A stretch of 37,263 nt of DNA from Pirellulales bacterium (lineage in GTDB: Bacteria; Planctomycetota; Planctomycetia; Pirellulales; JAICIG01), in assembly GCA_040901675.1 (NCBI GenBank), contig JBBDYJ010000030.1:78424-115686 (forward strand), written 5' to 3'. Each line of letters starts with the position of its first letter. Position 1 is the stretch's first letter. Below the pieces are notes generated by a model. The model saw nothing but the letters and a program-made list of their open reading frames with translations, ran no database searches and had not been told where the DNA came from. Position numbers and translations under genes: made by a program. Shown piece by piece: positions 37,195-37,263 of the stretch.

Positions 37195-37263
37195 CGGCGG
37201 CGGCCGGCGGCTGGCGGCGGGAAGTGAAGAGGCCGCCAGCGGGAAGGGGGGAAGGGGGGATCG

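Overview
GC-rich bacterial window, most likely Planctomycetota (Pirellulales-like). This is inferred from a PVC-type CxxCH membrane dehydrogenase, a secreted CCEPEPT-repeat protein, an NPYxxP membrane protein and dense REP-like and 7-8-mer intergenic repeats. Left flank (0.8-8.8 kb): a Cys-rich secreted protein, a secreted amidohydrolase, and a giant ceramidase/PVC-type heme protein gene that is frameshifted exactly at an internal (TTCCTCC)5 tract. Right flank (27-37 kb): housekeeping genes (redoxin lipoprotein, aspS, miaA, hisE-hisG, a deaminase-type amidohydrolase, a DUF4139 protein, a thioredoxin-family protein). Between them (about 9-26 kb) lies a defence/accessory island bracketed by a ~69-bp inverted repeat. 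It holds a decayed TIGR04255-type three-gene cassette, a DUF433 antitoxin with a truncated DUF5615 PIN toxin, an HExxH protein, a lower-GC module of vsr / ParB-like protein / PD-(D/E)xK-like protein / C5 methyltransferase, a tRNA-Pro 3'-end scar, a NucS-like nuclease, and a res-before-mod Type III-like R-M locus carrying a duplicated res tail, a BRO fragment and an orphan gene. The best candidate for an under-described system is the ParB-like + nuclease-like + Dcm + Vsr module. All family calls come from reading motifs by eye; no database searches were run.
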